Notes: generated by a model from the letters alone, not told the origin. DNA of 62,318 nt, filler included, from an uncultured Methanoregulaceae archaeon (GCA_964530035.1; 6 parts of 6 records of this genome joined end to end with filler, not necessarily neighbours in it), one strand, 5' to 3'; shown: positions 39,858 to 50,356, counted from the first letter of the whole stretch. Numbers and translations are program-made.

Positions 39858-41719
39858 GTTATTCTGTCACGATGGATGACCGACTTACCGAACAGATGGA
39901 TTCTTATTGCAGTAAACTGAGAATTTCACGTTCAGATGGCATATCTGAAGCGTGCACCGCATATCTGAGGGACGCGGGATCGGTATCATCATCCATGCCC
40001 ATCTATCTCGAGGCACAGTCGGGGACTCTTGACGAAAAATCCGAACCAAATCTTGCCGATTATGAGCGTGTGTACAGGAATTTTAAGATCGATGTCCCGG
40101 AATATTTCAACTTCGGGTTCGATGTCATCGATGCATGGGCAAAAAAGGACCGGAACAAGATAGCCATGATCTGGGTGAACCAGAAGGGTGAAGAAAAAAA
40201 ATATACTTTTTTCGAGCTCTCACGCCTTTCGAACCAGGTCGCGAACATGTTCATCAAGTACGGGATAAAAAAAGGCGACCGCGTCCTGCTCATGCTCCCG
40301 CGGGTCCCGGAGTGGTGGATCTTCACCCTGGCACTCATCAAGACCGGGGCGGTGTACTGCCCGGCACCCACGATGCTCACGGAAAAGGATCTCAAGTACC
40401 GGATCGATGTTGCAGATATCAAGATGGTCATCACCAACAAGGAGAATGCACCTAAAGTCGATGCCATCTTCGAGCAGTGTCCCTCCCTTACCTGCAGGAT
40501 GATCTCTGATGAACGGGAGCGTCCGAACTGGATCAGCTACATGACCGAGCTCAGTTATCCTGCACCGGTATCCTGGCGGCTCATCAACCTCCCGGGAATG
40601 GGCAGGACGAAGTCGACGGATCCCCTCGTGATCTTCTTCACCTCAGGGACGACCGGTGACGCAAAGATGGTCCTCCATGACCACAGCTATCCTCTTGGGC
40701 ACACCGTGACTGCACGCTTCTGGCATGACGTCAGGAGCACTGACATTCACCTGACTCTCTCCGATACCGGATGGGCTAAAAGCGCCTGGGGGAAACTCTA
40801 CGGACAGTGGCTTGAAGGGGCATGTATTTTTGTATACGATATCCGGGGCAGGTTCAATGCGACCGAGATACTGCCCATCATAGAGAAGTACGGGATTACC
40901 ACCTTCTGTGCACCACCCACGATATACCGGATGCTTATCCTGGCTGACCTTGACAAGTTCGATTTCTCGGAGCTGAGGCACTGTGTCTCGGCCGGGGAAC
41001 CTCTGAACCCCGAGGTGATCAGGGCATGGGAACAGGCCGTAGGGATGACGATCTTCGAAGGGTACGGCCAGACCGAAACGGTGTTGTGTGTTGGAACGTT
41101 CCCTGGCATGAAACCGAAACCTGGTTCTATGGGAAAGCCGTCGCCGGGCTGGGTCATCGAACTCCACGACGAGGAGGGAAAACCGGTAAAACAGGGTGAA
41201 GAGGGGGTCATCGCCATCAGGACGGAACCGAGGCCGCCCGGACTGTTCAGGGAATACCTGAAGAACCCCGAGGAAAACTCCCATGTATTCAGGAACGGGT
41301 GGTACTATACAGGGGACAAGGCATACCGGGACGAGGACGGATATCTATGGTTCATCGGCAGGGATGATGATGTCATCAAGGCGTCAGGGTACAGGATCGG
41401 TCCCTTTGAAGTGGAAAGCGCCCTTATTGAACACCCGGCTGTCCAGGAGGCGGCTGTTGTCGGCTCACCTGATATCATTCGCGGCATGATTGTCAAGGCA
41501 TTCGTTGTCCTTACCCCTGATTATACCGCATCGGATGCGCTCGTCAAGGAACTCCAGGGCTATGTCAAGAAAGTAACTGCGCCGTACAAGTACCCGCGGG
41601 TCATTGAGTTCGTCGAGTCACTGCCAAAGACGATCTCGGGGAAGATCAGGAGGAAGGAACTGCGCGAACAGGAAATGAAAAAGCAGGCGAACGGCCCCGC
41701 AACATCTCCAAGGAGATAA
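39851..41719 (+). CDS. AMP-forming acyl-CoA synthetase with an N-terminal ribbon-helix-helix (CopG/NikR-like) domain
   Basis: N-terminus MVRYSVTMDDRLTEQMDSYCSKLRISRSDGISEACTAYL; then FNFGFDVID, FFTSGTTGDAK, FEGYGQTE, LPKTISGKI. Confidence 0.88.
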   Translation: MVRYSVTMDDRLTEQMDSYCSKLRISRSDGISEACTAYLRDAGSVSSSMPIYLEAQSGTLDEKSEPNLADYERVYRNFKIDVPEYFNFGFDVIDAWAKKDRNKIAMIWVNQKGEEKKYTFFELSRLSNQVANMFIKYGIKKGDRVLLMLPRVPEWWIFTLALIKTGAVYCPAPTMLTEKDLKYRIDVADIKMVITNKENAPKVDAIFEQCPSLTCRMISDERERPNWISYMTELSYPAPVSWRLINLPGMGRTKSTDPLVIFFTSGTTGDAKMVLHDHSYPLGHTVTARFWHDVRSTDIHLTLSDTGWAKSAWGKLYGQWLEGACIFVYDIRGRFNATEILPIIEKYGITTFCAPPTIYRMLILADLDKFDFSELRHCVSAGEPLNPEVIRAWEQAVGMTIFEGYGQTETVLCVGTFPGMKPKPGSMGKPSPGWVIELHDEEGKPVKQGEEGVIAIRTEPRPPGLFREYLKNPEENSHVFRNGWYYTGDKAYRDEDGYLWFIGRDDDVIKASGYRIGPFEVESALIEHPAVQEAAVVGSPDIIRGMIVKAFVVLTPDYTASDALVKELQGYVKKVTAPYKYPRVIEFVESLPKTISGKIRRKELREQEMKKQANGPATSPRR

Positions 41720-41854
41720 ACAACGGGCATAGTGCGGTCACAAGCCCGGCCCGCCTTACTTTTATTACCTCATGCGGCCAACCTGATATGTCGCAGAGAC
41801 GCATTATTGTCCCATGATCAAAAGACCTGGGTCATGCTGGTCTCTGTTGTGTCT

Positions 41855-41909
41855 GCGAGGGTAGCCAAGCCAGGTCAACGGCGTCAGGTTCAGGGCCTGA
41901 TCTCGCAGG
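41855..41909 (+). tRNA. tRNA-Leu(CAG), 3' part cut by contig end
   Basis: GCGAGGG acceptor 5' strand, D-arm TAGCCAAGCCAGGTCAACGGC, anticodon arm TCAGG-TTCAGGG-CCTGA (CAG at 41891-41893), start of long variable arm. Confidence 0.9.
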
Positions 41910-42009
41910 NNNNNNNNNNNNNNNNNNNNNNNNNNNNNNNNNNNNNNNNNNNNTTAATTAATTAANNNNNNNNNNNNNNNNNNNNNNNNNNNNNNNNNNN
42001 NNNNNNNNN
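41910..42009. other. Artificial contig linker
   Basis: N run with central TTAATTAATTAA. Confidence 0.97.
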
Positions 42010-42313
42010 AGATCTGGTGGCTCACCCAGTCGATGGCATCGAGGATATTGTCAAGGGCAGGGGCGAGACGCGAGATCTCCTCAGGCTCGAGGGGGGTGAT
42101 GAGGGACTGGTTCAGCCTCTCGTAGATCTGGCGGGTCACCCCGTCCCCCTTGTGTTCATATTCGCGGATCACCCGGCACCGTGCCGACCCGCCGGGGAGC
42201 TCGCCCGTCAGTTCCGAGAGTTCCCTTGAGGCTCCGGTGATGAACCCGGTCATCTCGTCGAACAGGTCAAAGAAGACGGTATCTTCAGGAAGTATCAGGT
42301 CCTTGATCCGCAT
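42010..42313 (-). CDS. DUF47/PhoU-like phosphate transport regulator, 3' end truncated
   Basis: FFDLF, EHKGD, LNQSLITPLEPEEI, LDNILD. Confidence 0.85.
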
Positions 42314-42454
42314 CTCATTCACATCCTGCGGGAAAATGGTATAAAAAACCTTTGGAACAGGAGGAAGGGAAAAATGCGGGCTGCTCTGGTGAGGAAGTCC
42401 GCAAGAGGTGCCTGGCCGGGATTCCCGGGACCGATCTCCTGGTAAAAGGTCGGA

Positions 42455-43201
42455 TTACCGCCAGATATGCTGCCATTCCTTGGACTGGCGCTTCCGTGCG
42501 ATCTCCCGGCGGGCATTCGCCGCCGAACGGAGGCCAGGGTTGATGGCCAGGGCGTGGTCGAGGCAGTTGACCGCCTCGCGGCCCTCGCCGAGCTGTACCA
42601 GCGCTTTTCCCTTCGCATACCAGGCAGCGGCAAACCGTGGCTTGACCTGGATGGCCCGGTCGAAGGACTCAACCGCATCAGCGGTTTTCCCGAGCCCGAG
42701 GAGGCTTACTCCGCGGTTGTACCAGGCGAGGGCGAACCCGGGGTTGATCTCCACCGCCTCGTCGTATGCCTCCACCGCCTCGCGGTCCTTTCCCTGCAGG
42801 TGAAGGGAAAAACCCATGCGGTTCCACGCCTGCGTGTTCCTCGGGTTGATCCTGACCGCTTCCCGGTAGCAGGTGACTGATTCGGCAAAAAGTCCCAGCT
42901 TGTACAGGGCAAACCCCCGGTCGGTCCAGAGCGTTGCGCTGCCCGGATTCTTCTCGAGGGCATGCCCGTAGCAGGCGGCGGCCTCCTGGAACCTCCCCAT
43001 TCTCACGCATAAGTCTCCCTTTTTCCTCCAGGAAACCGTATCAGGAGCCCCCTCGCCCGCCGACGACACGTCGTGCAGGTCTCCCGGGTGGGCCTGGCGA
43101 TCCTCAGGAGCGCGGCCCGTGTCCTCGGACAGGATGAATTCAGGGTCTTCCCAGGCATCGTTTTCCCTGGGGCCGGGGGTCGTGGTATCTGGGGAGGGCA
43201 T
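42455..43201 (-). CDS. Tetratricopeptide repeat protein
   Basis: Five 34-aa repeats of W..(K/R)G..L...G...EA...Y..A..INP type. Confidence 0.9.
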   Translation of the reverse strand: MPSPDTTTPGPRENDAWEDPEFILSEDTGRAPEDRQAHPGDLHDVSSAGEGAPDTVSWRKKGDLCVRMGRFQEAAACYGHALEKNPGSATLWTDRGFALYKLGLFAESVTCYREAVRINPRNTQAWNRMGFSLHLQGKDREAVEAYDEAVEINPGFALAWYNRGVSLLGLGKTADAVESFDRAIQVKPRFAAAWYAKGKALVQLGEGREAVNCLDHALAINPGLRSAANARREIARKRQSKEWQHIWR

Positions 43202-43271
43202 GATGTAAGATAATTATATTCATTCTCACCGGTCAGAAAAAAAGGTATCGTGATCCCCGGGTCCCTGCTGC

Positions 43272-43816
43272 CTACTGCCTGCAGACAAGGGTAAACGGGT
43301 GCTCATCCATGACAGGCACGTCGATTCCCGTCACGATTATGGTGTACTCTCCACAGTTCCAGTCCCCGGTCGGAAAGTCCGCCTCGTACCGGTTCATACT
43401 CCCGTTCTCCGGGGCGATGACAACGACCGTGCGCGACCCCCCGGTCGGACTCCTGGGGTCATGTTTCGAGGTCGGGCCGAATTCCGGCTGCTCCACGGTG
43501 ACCTGGAGCCGGTTCCCGGGAGACAGGATCGTTTCACCTTCGACGTGGAGGATATCCCCTGTATAGACCTGGCCCGCTCCTTCGCTGCCCGGGACCATGA
43601 CGGTCACGGACATGTTGGCCGGGCCGGCCGACGTTTTTTTGGGGCTTTCTGCGTACGGAGTTCCGGACGGTCCGGGGGTGATGGCAACCGCCTCCTGGAC
43701 ACCAGGGGTCCGATGGGGGAGGAGACCTGGTGTTGTCCTCCGGTACACCCCTGGGTGAAGGCGACCAGGAGGACGATGAACACCAGGGGATAGATTGCCT
43801 GCATATCCGTTTTCAT
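43272..43816 (-). pseudogene. Frameshifted putative lipoprotein with an S-layer-like Ig domain
   Basis: Signal peptide with lipobox-like TQGC in ORF 43604..43816; mature domain in ORF 43272..43748; the two frames join if one base is added, e.g. in the G5 run at 43715-43719. Confidence 0.55.
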
Positions 43817-43900
43817 GGAGGTACCTCCCCTACGCTACCAGGAGATGGTGAATGAGACCGGCTCCATCCCCAGGGTCCGGCACGGGAATGTCCCCGGCCC

Positions 43901-44605
43901 TCACTGCACCATGAGGTACACGGTCTTTTCGACGTGTTTTCCTCCCCCGTCGGCCTGTATGACCCCGGTTATCTGGATGCCCCCGGGCACGTACCCCGGT
44001 ATATCAAACGGATATTCGATGCTCTTCGGGTACGGTGCGGTCAGGGTGCCAAGGTCATAGGTCCTGTCATAGAATGGCGCCGTAACGTGTATCTTCAGGG
44101 TGATGGGGTCTGAAAACCCGCCTACGGGGTCGACGCGGGCGGTGTAGACCACCCGGCCTCCGGCCGGTGCCCGGGCGGACTCGGGAGATATGGAGAAGGT
44201 GAAGTCCTTCGGGCCGGCCGGTTGTGACGTCGCCTGGGCCGCCGCAAGGGTTGTCTTGACGGTCGCAGGGGACGAGGTCCTCACCGCTGTGCCTGAGTCA
44301 CCGCCTGATGAAGATGATGAAGAGTCAGACGTCGGCACCGTGGTTGCCTTTTTCGTGGTGGCAACCGTCGTCCGGTTCACCGTCATGGTCGCCGCTGGTT
44401 TCGTCTTTGTCAGGGCAGGGGGCTGAGTCACGAGTTTTGTGGGCGTTATGGTGGTTTCAGCAGGAGCCGGTGTTCCGGCGGAGTGCTGCACCTGGTCATG
44501 GGGGGACAACAACACCATGGCCGCTATGATAATTACCAGGAGGATGAATCCCGCGACAACCGCAGGGAGGAACGAGGGGTTTGGTTTTTGCTCTGGTGAT
44601 TCCAT
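43901..44605 (-). CDS. Membrane-anchored Thr/Ser-rich surface protein with C-terminal Ig-like domain
   Basis: N-terminal TM helix, long T/S/P linker, DFTFSISP... beta-rich domain. Confidence 0.75.
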   Translation of the reverse strand: MESPEQKPNPSFLPAVVAGFILLVIIIAAMVLLSPHDQVQHSAGTPAPAETTITPTKLVTQPPALTKTKPAATMTVNRTTVATTKKATTVPTSDSSSSSSGGDSGTAVRTSSPATVKTTLAAAQATSQPAGPKDFTFSISPESARAPAGGRVVYTARVDPVGGFSDPITLKIHVTAPFYDRTYDLGTLTAPYPKSIEYPFDIPGYVPGGIQITGVIQADGGGKHVEKTVYLMVQ

Positions 44606-44801
44606 GGATCTGGCACCGCGTAGTATACCGTTATGGAAAATGGCGTCTTATCTCTTGTCATCGAAACGGTGCCATACGGTGCCGTCGCCACCCGGCCCTG
44701 TCCCCGGTGCCGGTGAACCTGCCGCCAACGGCCCGGACAGATTCCTATGAAAGTTATTATGTCGGAGCCGCTGCCATTACGAGGCAGGAGAATATCTGTA
44801 C

Positions 44802-45272
44802 ATGACAGGCAACACTCCCGTACGTGTCGCACTCCATACAACCAAAGGCGACATCATTATCGAGCTCGACCCGAACATGCCGATAACTGCAGGCAACTTC
44901 GAAAAGCTTGTTTCAAAGGGCTTCTACGACGGCATAATCTTCCACCGGGTTATTGACAAGTTCATGATCCAGGGCGGGTGCCCGAAGGGGACCGGCACCG
45001 GGGGACCGGGGTATACCATCAGGGACGAGTTCGGGGTCAGGAACAGGAACAACCGCGGGACCATCTCGATGGCGAACGCCGGCCCGAACACCGGCGGGAG
45101 CCAGTTCTTCATCAACCTCGTCAACAACAACTTCCTCGACGACAAGCACCCGGTCTTCGGAAAGGTCGTCACCGGGATGGAGGTAGTCGACGCCATCGCC
45201 AAGATGAAGACCGGCCGCGGTGACCGTCCTGTCGAGGACGTCGTCATCACGAAGGCAGAAATCCTGGCGTAA
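44802..45272 (+). CDS. Cyclophilin-type peptidyl-prolyl cis-trans isomerase
   Basis: FYDGIIFHRVIDKFMIQGG, SMANAGPNTGGSQFFI, HPVFGKV. Confidence 0.96.
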   Translation: MTGNTPVRVALHTTKGDIIIELDPNMPITAGNFEKLVSKGFYDGIIFHRVIDKFMIQGGCPKGTGTGGPGYTIRDEFGVRNRNNRGTISMANAGPNTGGSQFFINLVNNNFLDDKHPVFGKVVTGMEVVDAIAKMKTGRGDRPVEDVVITKAEILA

Positions 45273-45395
45273 CCCAAAGCGCTACCTTTTTTTACTGACA
45301 TCCGGAATGCAAGGAGATTTGGTTTTTGAAATGCCCGCCCCCGGTCTGATCAACGATACTCCTCCGAACCCGGCCTGGCTCATGCGAGGTGCACC

Positions 45396-46505
45396 CTGTT
45401 TTACCACATCTACGTGACCGACGAGTGCAACCTCTGCTGCACATACTGCCGGGGCAAGCTGTTCACGATGGAGGACGACACGGCCGGAGTCGAAATCGAC
45501 GAGGACATTCCCACCGAGATCGAGTACCCACTTCCCGATCTGTACCGGTTCATCGCGTCAGACCCCGACCCGGTCATCACCTTCATCGGGGGGGAACCGC
45601 TCCTCAGGCCAGGTCTCATCTCGGAGGTCATGAGGGACGCCCCTGCAGAACGGTTCATGATCCAGACGAACGGGCTCCTCCTCGACCGGCTCCCGGCTGA
45701 AACAGTCTCCCGGTTCGAGACGGTACTCATATCGATTGACGGCGACCGGGAGACCACCGACCGGCACCGGGGTGCCGGGACATACGACCGGGTGCTCGCG
45801 ATGGCGTCCCTTGCCCGGGAGCGTGGGTTTTCCGGCGAGCTGATCGCCCGCATGACCGTCTCCGAGGATACGGATATCTTCCGTGCCGTCACCCACCTTG
45901 CCGACGGGTGCGGGGGCGTGTTCGACGCGGTACACTGGCAGATAGACGCCGCTTTTTCTCCGGATTTTCACCTGCGGCGGTTTTCTGAATGGTCACAGGG
46001 GTACAACGACGGGATCTCCCGCCTCGTGGAGTACTGGGTGTCTGAAATGGGCCTGGGGCGTGTCAGGCGGTGGTACCCGTTCCTTGACTGCATGGAAGAC
46101 CTGCTCCTCGGGCGTACGAGTCTGCTCAGGTGCGGGTCAGGCCATGCCAACTACACCGTCCTCCCGAACGGAAGGATCGTCCCCTGCCCCGTGATGGTCG
46201 GAATGAAGGAGTACTACCTTGGGACGCTTACTGACTCCCGTCCTGAAAACCTGCCGGTCGTCGAAGTCCCGGGTCCCTGCCGGGACTGTGACATCGTGTC
46301 CCTGTGCGGGGGAAGGTGCCTCTACTCGTGGGTCGTCAGGCCCTGGCCTCCCGAGGGCTCGGACCTCGTCTGCGGGACCGTCCGCCACCTCTTTTCAGCC
46401 CTCCAGGCACAAAGGCCCGCGGTCGGACGCCTGATCGGGGAGGGAACGATACGCCTGGCCGACTTTTCACATACCAGGTACAACGGCTGCGAGATCATCC
46501 CCTGA
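45396..46505 (+). CDS. Radical SAM/SPASM protein (resembles TIGR04084/AF0577 family)
   Basis: CNLCCTYC, GGEPLL, QTNG, ISIDG; SPASM CGSG...PCP...CRDC...CGGRC. Start inferred at CTG 45396 (first conventional start is GTG 45414). Confidence 0.85.
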   Translation: MFYHIYVTDECNLCCTYCRGKLFTMEDDTAGVEIDEDIPTEIEYPLPDLYRFIASDPDPVITFIGGEPLLRPGLISEVMRDAPAERFMIQTNGLLLDRLPAETVSRFETVLISIDGDRETTDRHRGAGTYDRVLAMASLARERGFSGELIARMTVSEDTDIFRAVTHLADGCGGVFDAVHWQIDAAFSPDFHLRRFSEWSQGYNDGISRLVEYWVSEMGLGRVRRWYPFLDCMEDLLLGRTSLLRCGSGHANYTVLPNGRIVPCPVMVGMKEYYLGTLTDSRPENLPVVEVPGPCRDCDIVSLCGGRCLYSWVVRPWPPEGSDLVCGTVRHLFSALQAQRPAVGRLIGEGTIRLADFSHTRYNGCEIIP

Positions 46506-49500
46506 CCGGCATGTCCCTCTCCCTGGCGAGGACCGACCGGTAGGAAAAGGCATCGTAGGAGTACTCGGGGGTCGTGCCTGCTTCCAGGAACGCCTTTGCA
46601 GCTTCGAGCCTCACCCCGGTGTCAGGGTCGTGGAGGGCACGGGACAGGAGGTAGCGGGCGGCCATCCCGAGGGCTGCAAGCCCGGCGACAGCCGCTTTCC
46701 TGACCCAGGGGTCACGGTCATCCAGGGCTGTCATCAGGGGGGCGATGCCCGGGCGCCCGAGTCCGCCGAGCCGTATGGCTGCGGTCTGCCGTACCTCTTC
46801 ATCCCTGTCGCGGAGCGCCCGGGCAAGGACGGAGGCAACGGGACCGGTCACGGGCAATGCCCTGACAGCGACCCTCCGTACCGCCACATCATTATCCCGG
46901 GTCGACCTTGCGATGGTTTCCCATGACTCCTCTCCCGGTATGGTTCCGAGAGCGGCAAGCGCCCCGGTGCGTATCCTGGCGGGCGTGGCAGGGTCTGATA
47001 CCGCTGCCGTGAGGGCAGGGACGGCAGGAGCTCCGATCGCCCCGAGCGTCGAGAGGGCCCCGGCCCGGGCCAGCTGGTCGTCCGAGTCCAGGAGCCCCGT
47101 CAGGTCGGGGACCACCTCCTCCCCCAGGTTTGCAAGCAACGTCGAGGAGGCCGCTATGAGGAGGGGACACCCCGACCCGAGGAGGGAGAGCTGGCCCTCC
47201 CGGTCGTCCCCGACGACCTCCATGACCCCCAGGACGAGTTCCCCGGACAGGATCTCCTCTTCCGGGTTTTCCAAAAGCCACGTGATGATACCGGGGAGGT
47301 AATCCTTCCCGCCGGTAACGAGCGCACGCCGGACCCGGTCCCGGCCTTCACCCCTGGCTGTCGCAAGTGTAGCGGCAAGGATCGGTACCGCAGCCGTTCC
47401 TGAACGCGAAAGGGCAAGGGCGGCATGCCGGGAAGCTGTTTCACCCCCGTCCATGACCGTCCCGGCGAGTCCTGGCAGGGCGGCCTCCCCCATATCGCCA
47501 AGCGCCCTGACCGCATAGACCCCGTGATCAGGGTCATCCAGGAGGGATATCAGCGGCTCAATCCCGGCCTCTCCCATCGAACCGAGGACGCGGGTGACCG
47601 CGGCGATGACCCCGGGTCCTGCAGTGGGCACGAGTGCAAGGAGCGGTCCGATCGCCGGCTCTCCGATGGAGGCGAGGACGGCCTCAGCCTCACCGGCGAG
47701 GACGGGGTTCTCTCCTGACAGGAGGCCCGCCAGGGGACCGGTCGATGCACCGGCCAGACGCAAAAGGGAGGCCCGTGCACCCTCCCTGGCCCGTCCGTCT
47801 TCTGCTCCGAGGAGGGGGATGAGCAGTGGGAGCGAGGGTTCTCCGATCGCCACCACGGCATCGCGTGAACGGTCCCGGATCTCGACATCCTCATCGGAGA
47901 AGGCTGAAAGGAGGACGGGCAGCGCCGGCTCGCCGTGGATGACAAGGCGTTCCCAGTCCTCCATGGCAAAGAAGAGCGTTGCCTTGTCAAGGGGGTCGTT
48001 CGACACATCGGCAGACCTGCGGAGGACCGATGCAATGACCTGGCGCCTTGGGCGGGGTGATGACCGGACCGCATCCAGCAGGGTGTCCCGGCCCCTCCTC
48101 CCCATGCCGGCGGTCACGGCTGAAAGGGCCTCTTTCAGGCCTTCGTCAGGGGTGCCGGCGGCCTCGATAAGCGCCGGGAGTGCGGGTTCCCCGATCATGA
48201 CGAGTGCCCGCCGGGCCGACTCCCCCTGTTCCCCGGCACTCGTCCTGGCCGTTTCAATGAGCGCAGGTATGGCGGCCGGGCCTATCCGGGCAAGGGTGAT
48301 GACCGAGGTGTTCNNNNNNNNNNNNNNNNNNNNNNNNNNNNNNNNNNAGGAGGCCGATGACCGGCCCGACGGCCAGCGTGCCCATGTGCGAGAGGGCGAC
48401 CGCGGCACGGGACCTGATCTCAGGTTCCGGGTCATGGAGGAGCCGTATCAGTGCAGGAAGTGCCGGTTCCCCTATCTGGAGGAGGAGGTAGAGGGACGTG
48501 TTCCTGACCTGTTCCTCCGGGTCACGCAGGGCGGCGGACAGGAGCGGGACCGCTTCCCTGCCATAGGCGAGGATCACGGACGCACACAGGTCCCGCCCCT
48601 GTTCCCCCTCGCGCCTGAGTGAAGCGATGAGGACCGGGATGGCGGGAGGGCCGATCTGTGCAAGGCACCGTGAGGCCTCTTCCGCAGCCCCGCGGTCCTC
48701 GGACCAGAGAGTTGTGGCAAGGGCGGGGATGGCGGTCTGGCCGATCCGGACGAGGCACTCAGAGGTGTTCTTCCGTTTCGTTTCCTCAGATGCATGGAGT
48801 GCCCCGATGAGTGCCGGGACAGCGGCCGGGCCGAGCCTGATGAGGATGGCCTGAGCCATCCGTACCTCGACACCTGCTTCCCCGAGGAGGGCGGCAAGCG
48901 GCGGGACGGCTGCCTTTCCACACCGCACGAGGGCCAGGGCGGCCGTCATCCTGACATGCTCGCGGTCATCGGCGAGGAGCCCGGCAAGAGGGACGACCGA
49001 GAGCGGGCCGTACCCGGCGAGGAGTTCCATGAGCCGGTCCCGGTCTTCCTCGTGGGCAGAGGAGAGAAGAGAAATTACCGATGAAACGGCTGCCGGACCT
49101 GCATCCCTGAGGAGCGTATACACGGTCTCCCGGGCATGGGGGTCTCCGTCCTGCAGGAGCAGGCCGGCAAGGGCGTCATACCCTTCCCTGCCCATGCGGC
49201 TGATGCAGGCAAGGACGACCTCAGACCTCTCGGCGGGACCCGATGTGGCGGCGGATTCGATAAGCGTCCCTACGACACCGGGTCCGAACCGGGCGACAAC
49301 CGGGACAAGGGAGTCAGTGATGGCGCCGTCAAGTGACGGGACGGACCTGATGAAGCCCGGGAGCCATCCTGGTCCGGCTGCTTCGGCGAAGTGCCCTAGC
49401 TCCGTCCCCCACTCTGGCAGGAGGGTCGCCGGCTGCGAGAGGATTACCCCTATTCCGGTCTCCCCGAGCCCCCCGAGACGGTGAAACGCCTCCCGGGCAA

Positions 49501-49702
49501 TGACCGGGTCCGGATCGGAGAGTGCTTTTTCGAGGATGGTTACATCGTGAGGTCCGGCCGGTTCAGGGACCCCCCGGGCGGCTGCCATGCGGTGACCCGG
49601 TCCAGGGTCGGAACGTGCGTTATCCGCCAGGAGCTCCCGGTCTTCTCCGGTGGAAGAAGATAGGGGTTCGGTCCTTTGAGGTCTCCTGAGTCGGAACGCC
49701 AT
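46495..49702 (-). CDS. Large HEAT-repeat (PBS-lyase-like) protein; one gene split by an N gap
   Basis: Many repeats of L..IG.PA.P.L...L.D.D..VR..AA in both ORFs 48254..49702 and 46495..48435; the frame change coincides with Ns 48314-48347. Confidence 0.85.
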
Positions 49703-49978
49703 GCTACAGGAGGAATGGGGACGTCAGATGCAATGAGGTTTACGACGTTGCGCTTTTCAGCAGGAAGGGGCTGGTTCACCGGCCCTGGTGCAGGCCGGTT
49801 GTCAGCACTGGTATGACCAGGAACCCCTCTTCCTCTGCGGATGGGCCATAGGAAAAAGACGGTAACGTGACTCCTATCGCATCACGACCATGGAATGAGG
49901 AGGATTTTCATAAACTATTTAAACTTCATGACCTTATAGAAACTTGTTTCCGAATACATTCGGTGCGGGGTCTGCTAC

Positions 49979-50356
49979 GTGACAAACAGGATTCTTATTC
50001 TTGACGATGACGAAGCCCTGCTCACCATGATGGAGATCATGGTCAGGAAGATCGGGTACGAGCCTGTCATCGCCAGGAACGGATGGGAAGCAGTCAAACT
50101 GGTCAGGGCGTCCCCCCCCGACCTCATCCTCCTTGACCTCATGATGAAACCCATGGACGGGTGGCAGTTCCTCGACGAGCTGCGCAAGGCGGGGCTTGAC
50201 CATGTCCCGGTGATGGTGTTCACCGCCAAGCACATCATGGAGTCCGAAAAGGAGAATTACAAGTCCCAGATCGTCCGCATCCTCCAGAAACCCGCCGACC
50301 TCATGGACCTCCAGTCCATCCTCAACACCTTTTTCGCAGAAAAATCAAAGGTATAG
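49979..50356 (+). CDS. Single-domain response regulator (REC)
   Basis: ILILDDD, PDLILLDLMMKPMDG, FTA, KP. Confidence 0.92.
   Translation: MTNRILILDDDEALLTMMEIMVRKIGYEPVIARNGWEAVKLVRASPPDLILLDLMMKPMDGWQFLDELRKAGLDHVPVMVFTAKHIMESEKENYKSQIVRILQKPADLMDLQSILNTFFAEKSKV

Noticed and set aside
45307..45417. 36-codon ORF upstream of the radical SAM gene as a RiPP precursor
   Set aside because: Overlaps the enzyme's start out of frame, has no leader/core pattern and no support for translation.
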